The translations under genes and the position numbers were made by a program. 50,270 nt of DNA. It comes from a virus (lineage: Duplodnaviria; Caudoviricetes). The number at the start of each line of letters is the position of its first letter. Positions within the stretch are counted from its first letter, which is position 1. The notes below the pieces were generated by a model. That model was not told where the DNA came from, did not search any database, and worked only from the letters and a program-made list of their open reading frames with translations. Shown here piece by piece: positions 25,529 to 33,886 of this stretch. Location: the IMG/VR virus record IMGVR_UViG_3300015195_000008, positions 1 through 50,270 of that record, one strand, 5' to 3'.

Positions 25529-25632
25529 GTTGTACTCCTAGCAGCGAGTGGAGGCATAGGTGATGTGATGTAGTCAGCGACGAAAGTGAAAGCGACGATC
25601 ATAAGAGCGATAAGTATCCACTTATGAGTCAT
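25525..25632 (-). CDS. small membrane peptide (35 aa)
   Basis: MTHKWILIALMIVAFTFVADY...; ATGA overlap. Confidence 0.5.
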   Translation of the reverse strand: MTHKWILIALMIVAFTFVADYITSPMPPLAARSTT

Positions 25633-25786
25633 GGACTGATCCTAAAGCTTGGAGAAGGTTGTTGTATCCACCTACTACTGACGTACCTAAGCACATTGAG
25701 TGAATGGCGTCTATGAGGAGGACAACTGCTAACCCTGGTACGAGAAAGTAGAGATTGCCTACTGCGAAAGCTACTAAGGTGTTCAT
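25622..25786 (-). CDS. small membrane protein (54 aa)
   Basis: MNTLVAFAVGNLYFLVPGLAVVLLID...; GGAG RBS. Confidence 0.5.
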   Translation of the reverse strand: MNTLVAFAVGNLYFLVPGLAVVLLIDAIHSMCLGTSVVGGYNNLLQALGSVHDS

Positions 25787-25787
25787 A

Positions 25788-25946
25788 CTACTTCTCCTCT
25801 ACGATGCTGAATTCTTCCGCCTTGAGAGTCTTATCGTCGTACATACGGGCGTCGAATGAGGCTAGCCACTTCTTGGCTCTATCTATTCCGTATAGCCCGC
25901 AGGCTGCTAACCATCCCGACTTATGCACTATCTTATAGACTTTCAT
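25788..25946 (-). CDS. small early hypothetical protein
   Basis: MKVYKIVHKSGW... with AGGAG RBS. Confidence 0.6.
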   Translation of the reverse strand: MKVYKIVHKSGWLAACGLYGIDRAKKWLASFDARMYDDKTLKAEEFSIVEEK

Positions 25947-25990
25947 ACTGTCTCTCCTAACGATCAAGCGATACTGTTTACTACTCACTT

Positions 25991-26020
25991 ATTATACCGC
26001 AGTAAGCTATCACTTGTCAA
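25991..26020 (-). promoter_or_regulatory. consensus sigma70 early promoter
   Basis: TTGACA-N18-TATAAT. Confidence 0.75.
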
Positions 26021-26192
26021 CGACAACAGGTAAAGCCGGCGTTAAGGTCTCAACAAACGCTTCTGCTTCAAACAAGGAATCGAAAAACTTCCAATCATCG
26101 ACGCCGGTGGAGTCCGCTACTACGTACTCCACACTCCATCCATCGCCGACCCGTGTACTATAAGGACCTTTTACTACATATCGCTTACTCAT
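26010..26192 (-). CDS. small early hypothetical protein
   Basis: MSKRYVVKGPY...FDSLFEAEAFV. Confidence 0.55.
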   Translation of the reverse strand: MSKRYVVKGPYSTRVGDGWSVEYVVADSTGVDDWKFFDSLFEAEAFVETLTPALPVVVDK

Positions 26193-26347
26193 ATTGATTC
26201 TAACCTCTCCGCGTTCATGCGAGCGCATTTTTCGTCAGCCTCTTCTTTGGTACTCCAGAAGTCAGCACGTTGGTCCAAGGGGTCAAAGATACCCCACATC
26301 TCCGGGTCCCATCCTCCAAGCTCATGTACTTTGTAATAATCAGTCAT
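26189..26347 (-). CDS. small early hypothetical protein
   Basis: MTDYYKVHELGGW...STKEEADEKCARMN. Confidence 0.55.
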   Translation of the reverse strand: MTDYYKVHELGGWDPEMWGIFDPLDQRADFWSTKEEADEKCARMNAERLESI

Positions 26348-26489
26348 TGAGAGTATCCTTCCATATCTGAAACAAGAAGTCATCTAAGTCGAAGCCTTCC
26401 AAAGCACACACATCGCGCATACGTTCTAAAGGCTCGCTTGGTAGGTATCCGCTCTTCGTCCAGTCAGCAAGCGTTTGTGATAATGACAT
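26340..26489 (-). CDS. small early hypothetical protein
   Basis: MSLSQTLADW... with AGGAG RBS; the longer track ORF is a shadow of the repeat. Confidence 0.55.
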   Translation of the reverse strand: MSLSQTLADWTKSGYLPSEPLERMRDVCALEGFDLDDFLFQIWKDTLND

Positions 26490-26490
26490 A

Positions 26491-26745
26491 CTATTCTCCT
26501 TCACGGGCTTCGTAGTAGGCTCCGTAAGCTTCGTTGTGGGCTTCGTTGTAGGCTCCGTAAGCTTCGTTGTACGCTTCGTTGTAGGCTCTGTAAGCTTCGT
26601 TGCAGGCTTCGTTGCGGGCTTTGAGAGCTTCTCCTTCGGCTTCGTTGTAGGCTCTGTAAGCTTCGTTGCGGGCTTTGAGGGCTTCTCCTTCGGCTTCGTC
26701 GCAGGCTTTGTTGAGGGCTTCTTCACGGGCTTCTTGCTTCGTCAT
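26491..26745 (-). CDS. NEAYRAY-repeat acidic helical peptide, copy 1 (84 aa)
   Basis: AAAGGGG RBS and own promoter; built from 12- and 21-nt tandem units. Confidence 0.7.
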   Translation of the reverse strand: MTKQEAREEALNKACDEAEGEALKARNEAYRAYNEAEGEALKARNEACNEAYRAYNEAYNEAYGAYNEAHNEAYGAYYEAREGE

Positions 26746-26838
26746 TAGGATCCCCTTTGTGAGTGTTCGCTTGGTGATGTAAACATCTTCTCACCCCGGA
26801 GCCTTGTCGTCAAGTATTCTCTTGTAAAGCCTAAGTAA
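26728..26838. repeat. 111-bp direct repeat copy 1 (promoter + RBS + start of MTKQEA)
   Basis: Matches 27774-27884 with 5 mismatches; contains minus-strand TTGACG-N17-GAAGAT and palindrome GATGTAAACATC. Confidence 0.9.
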
Positions 26839-26983
26839 CGATAGTGTTCCATCCGGGTTCCTCATCGGTCCAAGTAGGGTTCTCAGCATAGACGTACTCC
26901 ATTGCTTGCTCCGTAGCGGTATCTAACACGTTCTCGCTAACCGATATCTCATGTAACGATCCCCAAGTAGGTAAGATATTCAT
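26831..26983 (-). CDS. small acidic early protein
   Basis: MNILPTWGSLHEI...; GGAGG RBS. Confidence 0.5.
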   Translation of the reverse strand: MNILPTWGSLHEISVSENVLDTATEQAMEYVYAENPTWTDEEPGWNTIVT

Positions 26984-27186
26984 CGTGCACATCCTCCAAA
27001 GCATCCTTCTGGTACAGGTTCTCCACAGTCTTCGCAGTCTTCCTCTTCTTCGGTCTCGCAGGAACATCCGCAAGCGAAGCAGCAGCCCAAGCAGTCCTCT
27101 ACATCGGTATCCTTCGATGTCGCGCACCGGAACTCCTCCGGCCCGTCGATCCCAGTCCCCTTAATCCTCTCAAATTCGCAACTCAT
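26980..27186 (-). CDS. Cys-rich acidic small protein (12 Cys in 68 aa)
   Basis: CLGCCFACGCSCETEEEEDCEDC; ATGA overlaps on both sides. Confidence 0.6.
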   Translation of the reverse strand: MSCEFERIKGTGIDGPEEFRCATSKDTDVEDCLGCCFACGCSCETEEEEDCEDCGEPVPEGCFGGCAR

Positions 27187-27422
27187 ATCAGCACCGCCGC
27201 ATAGTCGCCATTAGGAAGGACACCGATAGCGAAGGAGTGCTTACTCATATCAATACAGAATCGGTTCTCGAAGTATGCGTTGGCCAATATGCTTACTTGG
27301 GTATCGGTATCTATATCCTGATCGTACGTAACGTAAGTAGGACTATACCCTTCGCTTTGTACACTTATTCTTGATCCCTTAGTGTTCGTGGGTCTATGAT
27401 ACTTGATAAGTAAAGCCTTCAT
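27183..27422 (-). CDS. conserved phage early hypothetical protein
   Basis: IKYHRPTNTKGSRISV motif of a recurrent small phage family; AGGAG RBS. Confidence 0.6.
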   Translation of the reverse strand: MKALLIKYHRPTNTKGSRISVQSEGYSPTYVTYDQDIDTDTQVSILANAYFENRFCIDMSKHSFAIGVLPNGDYAAVLI

Positions 27423-27423
27423 G

Positions 27424-27576
27424 TTAAACTCCTACTTTCCTGGGACGCGATGAGAACGTGTAAGGCGAGCGAAGGGTAGATTCCATGGCCTGCCGCTGCA
27501 TCCGCATGTTGTACTTCTCGAAAAACTTCTCTTCTACTGTCTTACGGAACGGTGAGGATAGGAAGTACATACTCAT
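27424..27576 (-). CDS. small early hypothetical protein
   Basis: MSMYFLSSPFRKTVEEKF... Confidence 0.4.
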   Translation of the reverse strand: MSMYFLSSPFRKTVEEKFFEKYNMRMQRQAMESTLRSPYTFSSRPRKVGV

Positions 27577-27584
27577 TTTGCTAA

Positions 27585-27791
27585 TCACGTTGCTTCTCCT
27601 TCGGCTTCGTTGTAGGCTCTGTAAGCTTCGTTGCAGGCTTCGTTGTAGGCTCTGTAAGCTTCGTTGCAGGCTATGTAATCTTCGTTGGGGGCTATGTAAT
27701 CTTCGTAGCAGGCTTTGAAGGCTTCGTTGTAGGCTCTGTAAGCTTCGTTGCAGGCTCTGTAAGCTTCGTAGTAGGCTTCTTGCTTCGTCAT
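27585..27791 (-). CDS. NEAYRAY-repeat acidic helical peptide, copy 2 (68 aa)
   Basis: Same promoter/RBS/N-terminus as 26491-26745; tandem 21-nt units GCTTCGTTGTAGGCTCTGTAA. Confidence 0.7.
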   Translation of the reverse strand: MTKQEAYYEAYRACNEAYRAYNEAFKACYEDYIAPNEDYIACNEAYRAYNEACNEAYRAYNEAEGEAT

Positions 27792-27884
27792 TAGGATCCC
27801 CTTTGTGAGTGTTCGCTTGGTGATGTAAACATCTTCTCACCCCAGGACCTTGTCGTCAAGTACTCTCTTGTAAAGCATAAGTAA
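27774..27884. repeat. 111-bp direct repeat copy 2
   Basis: Matches 26728-26838 at an offset of 1046 nt. Confidence 0.9.
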
Positions 27885-27961
27885 ACTAATCCCTTATACA
27901 GGGGATGTGCTCCTATGTAGTCCTGTGGTAGCTTGAATCTATCCCTATAGGAGGTAAAACC

Positions 27962-28252
27962 ATGACGCAACTCAAGAAACCGAAGGTGCTTTTCTTCTAC
28001 GCAGGATGGAGTGGACCATGCGCCGCGTTCAGAATCGTTTTAAAGGCGTCTCTCGAGGCCTACAAGGACCTTTACCAGGAGATGGAGTGTTATGACACGG
28101 ACGCATCACCCGAGGGCCTTCTAGGGCAATGGCGCGTTTTAGGCGTGCCTACCACGATTCTCATATCGAAGTACGGTAGAGAGCTTGGCCGACTTACTGG
28201 CTACAACCAAAAGGACCACACGCTCAACTTTCTCAGAAAAGGTGTTTTATGA
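27962..28252 (+). CDS. thioredoxin-fold protein with atypical WSGPC site
   Basis: VLFFYAGWSGPC...VLGVPTTILI...GRELGRLTG; AGGAGG RBS. Confidence 0.8.
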   Translation: MTQLKKPKVLFFYAGWSGPCAAFRIVLKASLEAYKDLYQEMECYDTDASPEGLLGQWRVLGVPTTILISKYGRELGRLTGYNQKDHTLNFLRKGVL

Positions 28253-29964
28253 TAGAAGATAACGAATACGAACAACGTAAAGAGTACGTTAAGAACTTAG
28301 ATATACATACAAAGTACGTTTCGCTCAAGAAAGGGGAAAAGTACTCAACGAACATACAAGGAGCCTCTAAGGACATACCCTGGTCAGAAAACTGGGGCAT
28401 CGTTCGCAACGACATGTACGTCGTCCTGGACTTCGACAAGGATACTCACCAGCGCTTCAAGGTCGAAGACATGTCATTCCCTACAACTTGGTGTCAAGAG
28501 ACTCCTAGGACTGACTGCAGAGGTATGCACTATCTATTCACGCTACCGTCGAAGTTGAAAGGCGTCAAACTGCCCGACGCGGTGAAATTCTACGACCCTG
28601 AAGGCAAAGCTCTCGGAGAGATACTCACAGGAGGTGCTCTCCCCGGTCCTGGATCTATCGTCGATGGAAGGCCCTACAAGCTCGTCAACAACTCTGCCCC
28701 GGTCCTGGCACCGGAATGGGTTGTAACCCTCATTCTAGAGGCTTCTAAGGGCATTAAAAAGGATTCCAGCAAGTCGGACGAGTTCGACATGGTCATGGAC
28801 GGGCAAGGGCGCGATGCGTTCGTGCATAAGATACTCTCAACTGCCAGGAAAGCGGGGCTCTCCGAGAAGGGGCTATACGCTTTAGGTAACGGAATACTTA
28901 ACTCTGGAATCATAGAACAGCCCGAAGGCGAAGAGAAGACTGAAGAGGACGTTGAGCGTATTGCACGATCTGTTACGAGATACAGAACAGAGATAGATCC
29001 TTCCTTCACAGTCAAGACTTCTCAGTGGAGAAGTGCTAGCGACCTACCGGCGAATCAACCTAACATTGAATGGATACTTCACCGATTCATCCCACAATAC
29101 AAGCTAACCTTCCAGTACGGCAAAGGCGGCATAGGTAAAAGCTCGTGGGTACCTTGGCTAGTCGGTAAGCTGCTCGGTGAAGGGTTGAAGGTAGGTTTCT
29201 CCGCTACAGAGGAAACATTCGAGCGATTCAGTAATGCCGTGAGACTCAGCACTAAGAATTTCTCTTTTGACCTTTTCAAAAATCTGTACGACCTTGATAA
29301 CGATTGGATGTTCCCTAGAGATGAGAACAAGTTAAGAGAAGGCTTGTCAAAGTGTCCTCTGGACTTCATCTACTTCGACTCCATATATGACATCTTCGAC
29401 CCAAAAGGGGCAGGCATCTTCACAAACACCCGTCAATGCTTAAAACCTCTGTCGATCATCTGTCAAGACTGTAATGTAACCATACTAGGCACCTTCCATG
29501 AGAACAAGTCCGGCACGTTCAACGGGTCAAAAGAGATGGAAAGCATACCGAGATCACTTATACACGCTACAGAGCACGAAGGAAGGCTAAGGCTTCATGT
29601 AGAGAAGTCAAATAACAGAAAACCTGAATACGATCTACTCTCAGTAGGGTCATGGGTACCAGAGAGCAACGCAGATGGATCTATCGTCAAAGAACGAAAC
29701 GAAGATGGTCAACTCGTAAATAGTGAAATCTACATCGTCGAAGGCTTCGAGAAGATTGAGTGCGGCGTCGACGTAGAAAATGGCGTCAAAGTCGAAGACC
29801 TCATACCAGATACCTCAGACGATGAAGCTTTTTGGAAAGTGTACACTTGTAAAAAAGAGAATCCTGCTTGGGGAAGACAAAGAATTTCAGAGCAAACTGG
29901 TTTATCGGTAAGAATTGTTCAAGTAAGATTAGAAAAAATGGGTATAAAAGAAGACTTAACCTGA
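28249..29964 (+). CDS. primase-polymerase / AAA_25 helicase fusion with C-terminal HTH
   Basis: Prim-pol VVLDFD and RGMHYLF; PriCT-like GRDAF; P-loop YGKGGIGKS; Walker B FIYFDS. Confidence 0.8.
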   Translation: MIEDNEYEQRKEYVKNLDIHTKYVSLKKGEKYSTNIQGASKDIPWSENWGIVRNDMYVVLDFDKDTHQRFKVEDMSFPTTWCQETPRTDCRGMHYLFTLPSKLKGVKLPDAVKFYDPEGKALGEILTGGALPGPGSIVDGRPYKLVNNSAPVLAPEWVVTLILEASKGIKKDSSKSDEFDMVMDGQGRDAFVHKILSTARKAGLSEKGLYALGNGILNSGIIEQPEGEEKTEEDVERIARSVTRYRTEIDPSFTVKTSQWRSASDLPANQPNIEWILHRFIPQYKLTFQYGKGGIGKSSWVPWLVGKLLGEGLKVGFSATEETFERFSNAVRLSTKNFSFDLFKNLYDLDNDWMFPRDENKLREGLSKCPLDFIYFDSIYDIFDPKGAGIFTNTRQCLKPLSIICQDCNVTILGTFHENKSGTFNGSKEMESIPRSLIHATEHEGRLRLHVEKSNNRKPEYDLLSVGSWVPESNADGSIVKERNEDGQLVNSEIYIVEGFEKIECGVDVENGVKVEDLIPDTSDDEAFWKVYTCKKENPAWGRQRISEQTGLSVRIVQVRLEKMGIKEDLT

Positions 29965-30014
29965 ACATGAACATCAATTATATAAGATATAGGGGTCATG
30001 TTCAGTGTTCAGGT
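29958..30014. other. inverted repeat around an AT-rich core, candidate replication origin
   Basis: ACCTGAACATGAAC ... ATTATATAAGATATA ... CATGTTCAGTGTTCAGGT directly after the primase-helicase gene. Confidence 0.4.
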
Positions 30015-30044
30015 CTTAAACTTGTGTTCGATGAAAGGAATATA

Positions 30045-31394
30045 ATGAGTAACCTACGACCTTGGCAACAGGACGACCTAACAAAGTACTTAGGCACGCC
30101 TAAGAGAGCGATCTACGCGCAACCACGCCTCGGCAAGACGCGCCTAGCGATTGAGTACCTCAAACACTGGAACCCTCGTAGCTGCCTCATCACCGCGCCA
30201 AAGACGGTATGTCCATTTTGGATCGAAGAGGCCAAGAGCCTGGGTATCACGGTGCTGGACGGGTTCTCGGGAACGATCAAGGACACCATTCGCCTTTTAA
30301 GGACCGTTCCTGACCGCTGGACGGTCGTCAACGATGATCGGCTTGCCGCAATACTCAAAGAGATGCCCAAGCTCACTGTAGAGGCTCTAATTGCGGATGA
30401 GAGTCATAGGTTCAAGTCCGTATCCTCCGCCAGGGGCAAGGCATACCGTAAGCTTGCGAAGCGGGCGTGGTACGTACGCATACTCACCGGCACCCCGACG
30501 CCGAACAACTACGGCAACCTCTGGGGACAGATGGTAGGCCTCGACGAAGAAGACTGGTTCTCGTCCTTCCAGAAGTTCAAGAACAGATACCTTATCTGTG
30601 ATCAGATGTACCAGAGCAAGATCCTTGGGCACCGGAACCTGCCGGAGCTGGAGGGCAAGCTCAAGAAGTGGTCTACGATCGTGAAGCGAGAGGACGTCTT
30701 TGGAGGAGACCAGTATCAGTTTGTGGAACGTAAGGTGTTCTTACCGCCTAAAGTTATGACAATGTATAGAAAGTTGGCAAAAGAGTGGATAGTGGAGTTG
30801 AATGGACAAACGATCAATGGAACGCATGGCTTGACACGCTTCCAGCGTTTCCAGCAAATAACATCCGGGTTTGTGAACACGGAGAATGGATTGCAAAATG
30901 TCCATTCTGCGAAGATTGACGCAGTATGCGAGGACCTTGAAGAGATCATAGAATCTGGAGAGAAGGCTGTGATCTTTTGCAAGTACACTTGGGAAGTGGA
31001 AACATACGAAAGAGAAGTTACGGAGAGATTGAAATGCAAAGTAGTTGTGATACAAGGCTCTACCCCCATCTCGAAGAGACAAGAAGCTATAACTCTCGTG
31101 AACACCTCCCCTCATCCGGTTGTCTGTATTGCACAGATACAAGCGGCGTCCACTGGAATCTCCCTGGCGGGGGCCACGCATGCGCTCTTCACCTCGGAAA
31201 CCTTCAGCCACGCGGAGATGTCACAAGCGACAGACAGAATCTACTCCCCTGGCAAAAGCAAATGCGTGACCTCGTATCGCGTGCCGAATACAATTGATAT
31301 GTACGTCTCGAAGACGTTGGAGATGAAGAAGTCTCTCGGCGAATCTATTCAGAACCAAAAGCTCGAAGATATCCTATTAGGAGGAGTTTCATGA
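30045..31394 (+). CDS. SNF2-family (SF2) helicase
   Basis: LRPWQ, PRLGKT, DESH, LTGTP, TGISL, QATDRI; start at 30045 after AAAGGA. Confidence 0.88.
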   Translation: MSNLRPWQQDDLTKYLGTPKRAIYAQPRLGKTRLAIEYLKHWNPRSCLITAPKTVCPFWIEEAKSLGITVLDGFSGTIKDTIRLLRTVPDRWTVVNDDRLAAILKEMPKLTVEALIADESHRFKSVSSARGKAYRKLAKRAWYVRILTGTPTPNNYGNLWGQMVGLDEEDWFSSFQKFKNRYLICDQMYQSKILGHRNLPELEGKLKKWSTIVKREDVFGGDQYQFVERKVFLPPKVMTMYRKLAKEWIVELNGQTINGTHGLTRFQRFQQITSGFVNTENGLQNVHSAKIDAVCEDLEEIIESGEKAVIFCKYTWEVETYEREVTERLKCKVVVIQGSTPISKRQEAITLVNTSPHPVVCIAQIQAASTGISLAGATHALFTSETFSHAEMSQATDRIYSPGKSKCVTSYRVPNTIDMYVSKTLEMKKSLGESIQNQKLEDILLGGVS

Positions 31395-31537
31395 GATACA
31401 CATTACAAGAACTTTTAGATTTATTAGAAACTGTTGAGGATAAAACACGTATAGTGTCCTTAGAGGGATGCGATTGTATCGACAACTGGAACGGGCAATT
31501 TTCGCTAGACGACGGTGAAATACTGCTGACAATATGA
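31391..31537 (+). CDS. small hypothetical protein (48 aa)
   Basis: MRYTLQELLDLLE...EGCDC; GGAGGAG RBS. Confidence 0.55.
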   Translation: MRYTLQELLDLLETVEDKTRIVSLEGCDCIDNWNGQFSLDDGEILLTI

Positions 31538-31553
31538 AGTCAGGAGAAATATA

Positions 31554-31640
31554 ATGAATTTGGGAGTCCTTTTAGGAACTGTGATTGCCTCCGCATGGTT
31601 TTTCATAACAGGCATGTTGCTAATAAGCTGCTTGCAATGA
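31554..31640 (+). CDS. small membrane peptide (28 aa)
   Basis: MNLGVLLGTVIASAWFFITGMLLISCLQ; AGGAG RBS; ATGA overlap with polA. Confidence 0.45.
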   Translation: MNLGVLLGTVIASAWFFITGMLLISCLQ

Positions 31641-33886
31641 GATCGTGCAACCTGTGCCCCTTGTCCCTTCAATGTCTTTCCCCAGTACTCAAAACGGAAG
31701 TGAAAAGACGTGATATACTCATCGTTTGTGACAAACCAGACAGTAAGGCGGACTTTGAGGGTTCACCGTTCGCGGGTCCGTTGGGGAACCTTTTGCGAAG
31801 TCTTATCAAAAAGGCTGGTATCCATCCCGACGAATATAATGCAGTATACGCGGTTAAATGTGCGCTACGTGGCCATAGTGAAACACTGCCTCTCACTTCG
31901 ATTGAAGCGTGTCGTAGTTACCTCAAGGAAGAGATTGATCGTAGTAGACCTAAGTTCATTCTCTGTCTTGGCGATGTCGCGTTACGCTCTGTCACCAAAA
32001 GATCGGGAGTACGGAATAATAGAGGAATGGACCTTTCCGTTTTACATGAACTAAAAACAGATGCGAAGGTGTTCTGCTCCTACTCCCTCGAATACTTAGC
32101 ACAGAACTCCCAATTAGAACGTACGGTCATATCTGATATGCGCCGGTGCGTCAAACAAGCAACCGATACAAATGTTCCATGGAAAATATGGAAAGGGGAG
32201 AAACTAGATGGTGATATACTTGCCTACGATATCGAAACAGTGGATGAAGAAGGGAAATTCACAGATTATGCTACTCAAATTGCCGTGGCTAATGAAGAAA
32301 TTTGTTACGTCAGTACGGATGTATACGGCTTGGGTAACAGGCTCAAAACCTTATCGGTTGGTCACAACTCATTTAATTTCGATGGCCCCATACTTAGGAG
32401 GCAGGGAATACATATTAATGACTATCATGATACCATGTATATGGCGTTTTTCATGGATGAAACTCAGCCTAAAGGTTTGGAAGCACTAGCAGTTAAATAC
32501 CTCGGCGTGCCGGGGTGGAAAGAGTCATTCAATGCCAAACTCGGAAGTGAAGAGTTTTATTTCTACAACGCGCGCGATACCTGGTACACAATGCTATTGT
32601 TCAAATTGTTCAGAACTGTACTATCTAAAGATCGACGCTATTATCTCATCGAAAACCTCATTTACCCGGTACGAAGAGTTCTTGATAACATGTCTAGCAG
32701 AGGCGTTTGTCTTGATAGCAAATATATCCTCGACACTAAGAAAAGCGTATCCCTGGCTGTTGAGGAAAAAAGATCCATCATAACGGAAAAGATGGAAGAG
32801 TTACTACCCTGTGAGGATATAGAAGTTAACCCGAACTCTACGTTGCAGATCGCAGAGTGCCTTAACCGGCTAGGATGTGTCCTTCCTACAACGGACAAGG
32901 GACACCCTCAAACGTCTAAGGACGTGCTACAGGACTACCAGAGGCTACCGTTTGTGCGGGACCTGCTAGAGTACCGCGAACAGGCAAAGGTACTTTCGAC
33001 CTACGTGAAGCCGTACGAGAAGCTAATGAACCAGGGAGACGGGAAGGCTCACCCCGAGTATAAAATGGTCTCTGTAGAAACAGGCCGCACTTCTGCAACC
33101 AAACCGAACGTGCAGAACCTCGACCGTGAATTGAAAGGATTTTTCTGTGCTCCTAAAGGTAAAGTACTCGTTTCAGTTGATTACAATGCTGTCGAGTTTC
33201 GGATCGCCTCATGGCTTGCTGGAGAACGTAGCATCTTATCTCGATTCAAAGAAAATCCGTCATGGGACCCACATCGTTTCTTCGCGGCATTCTTTTACGA
33301 GATCAAAGAAGAAGCCGTTACCAAAGAACAACGGCAGATCGCGAAGTCAGCCAATTTTTCTCAGCTCTACTGCGGCAATGGGTTCACACTATACGAGTAT
33401 GCGAAGAAGCAGGGCGTTGAATTAAACCTCTTCCTCTGCGAGAAAGTCCATGAAAAATGGCATGCTACATTTCCAGGATTTGAAAGGTACTACAATGAAC
33501 GAAAATCAGAGATACTACAAACAGGGCAAATTGCATGCCCGACTGGCTTCATTCGGCACTTTGGGGACCCAGAGCTTATTCGGCAGAATTATGGCCATAA
33601 GTTCTTTGGGAAGCTCCGTCAAGCCGTTAACGTTCCCGTCCAGAACCTCTCCGCCCACATTGCCTTCCTTGCCATGAAACGCCTTGCATATTTCAACTTC
33701 CCAATGGTACTGTTTGTCCATGACTCAATAGGATTTGAACTTGATGATGACTACTCCCTCAACAACAAGGTTACGATGATCGAACATATTATGTGCAACT
33801 ATCCTGTAACAGCACTCAAAGAAGAATACAACGTTAACCTCGAAGTTCCACTCATGGTCGAAAGTACGGTGAAAAGAAATGCTTAG
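31637..33886 (+). CDS. polA: family A DNA polymerase with N-terminal family-4 UDG-like domain and 3'-5' exonuclease
   Basis: CNLC...VKC...AC; exo YDIET, HNSFNFD, YNARD; TGRTS, DYNAVEFR, RQIAKSANF, VHDS. Confidence 0.92.
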   Translation: MRSCNLCPLSLQCLSPVLKTEVKRRDILIVCDKPDSKADFEGSPFAGPLGNLLRSLIKKAGIHPDEYNAVYAVKCALRGHSETLPLTSIEACRSYLKEEIDRSRPKFILCLGDVALRSVTKRSGVRNNRGMDLSVLHELKTDAKVFCSYSLEYLAQNSQLERTVISDMRRCVKQATDTNVPWKIWKGEKLDGDILAYDIETVDEEGKFTDYATQIAVANEEICYVSTDVYGLGNRLKTLSVGHNSFNFDGPILRRQGIHINDYHDTMYMAFFMDETQPKGLEALAVKYLGVPGWKESFNAKLGSEEFYFYNARDTWYTMLLFKLFRTVLSKDRRYYLIENLIYPVRRVLDNMSSRGVCLDSKYILDTKKSVSLAVEEKRSIITEKMEELLPCEDIEVNPNSTLQIAECLNRLGCVLPTTDKGHPQTSKDVLQDYQRLPFVRDLLEYREQAKVLSTYVKPYEKLMNQGDGKAHPEYKMVSVETGRTSATKPNVQNLDRELKGFFCAPKGKVLVSVDYNAVEFRIASWLAGERSILSRFKENPSWDPHRFFAAFFYEIKEEAVTKEQRQIAKSANFSQLYCGNGFTLYEYAKKQGVELNLFLCEKVHEKWHATFPGFERYYNERKSEILQTGQIACPTGFIRHFGDPELIRQNYGHKFFGKLRQAVNVPVQNLSAHIAFLAMKRLAYFNFPMVLFVHDSIGFELDDDYSLNNKVTMIEHIMCNYPVTALKEEYNVNLEVPLMVESTVKRNA

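Noticed and set aside
26500-27780. Tandem GCTTCGTTGTAGGCTCTGTAA repeats as a CRISPR array or DGR template/variable pair
   Set aside because: Units abut with no unique spacers, lengths are multiples of 3 inside ORFs with an RBS, and no cas operon or reverse transcriptase is present
26340-27840. Long track ORFs KPATKLTEPTT (26340-26726), SLQRSLQ (27424-27840) and their plus-strand counterparts
   Set aside because: Shadow frames of stop-free repeats; the RBS and promoter support the MTKQEA frame
29868-30044. N-terminal extension of the SNF2 helicase shown in the ORF track
   Set aside because: Overlaps the primase gene; the RBS and the LRPWQ Q-motif support a start at 30045
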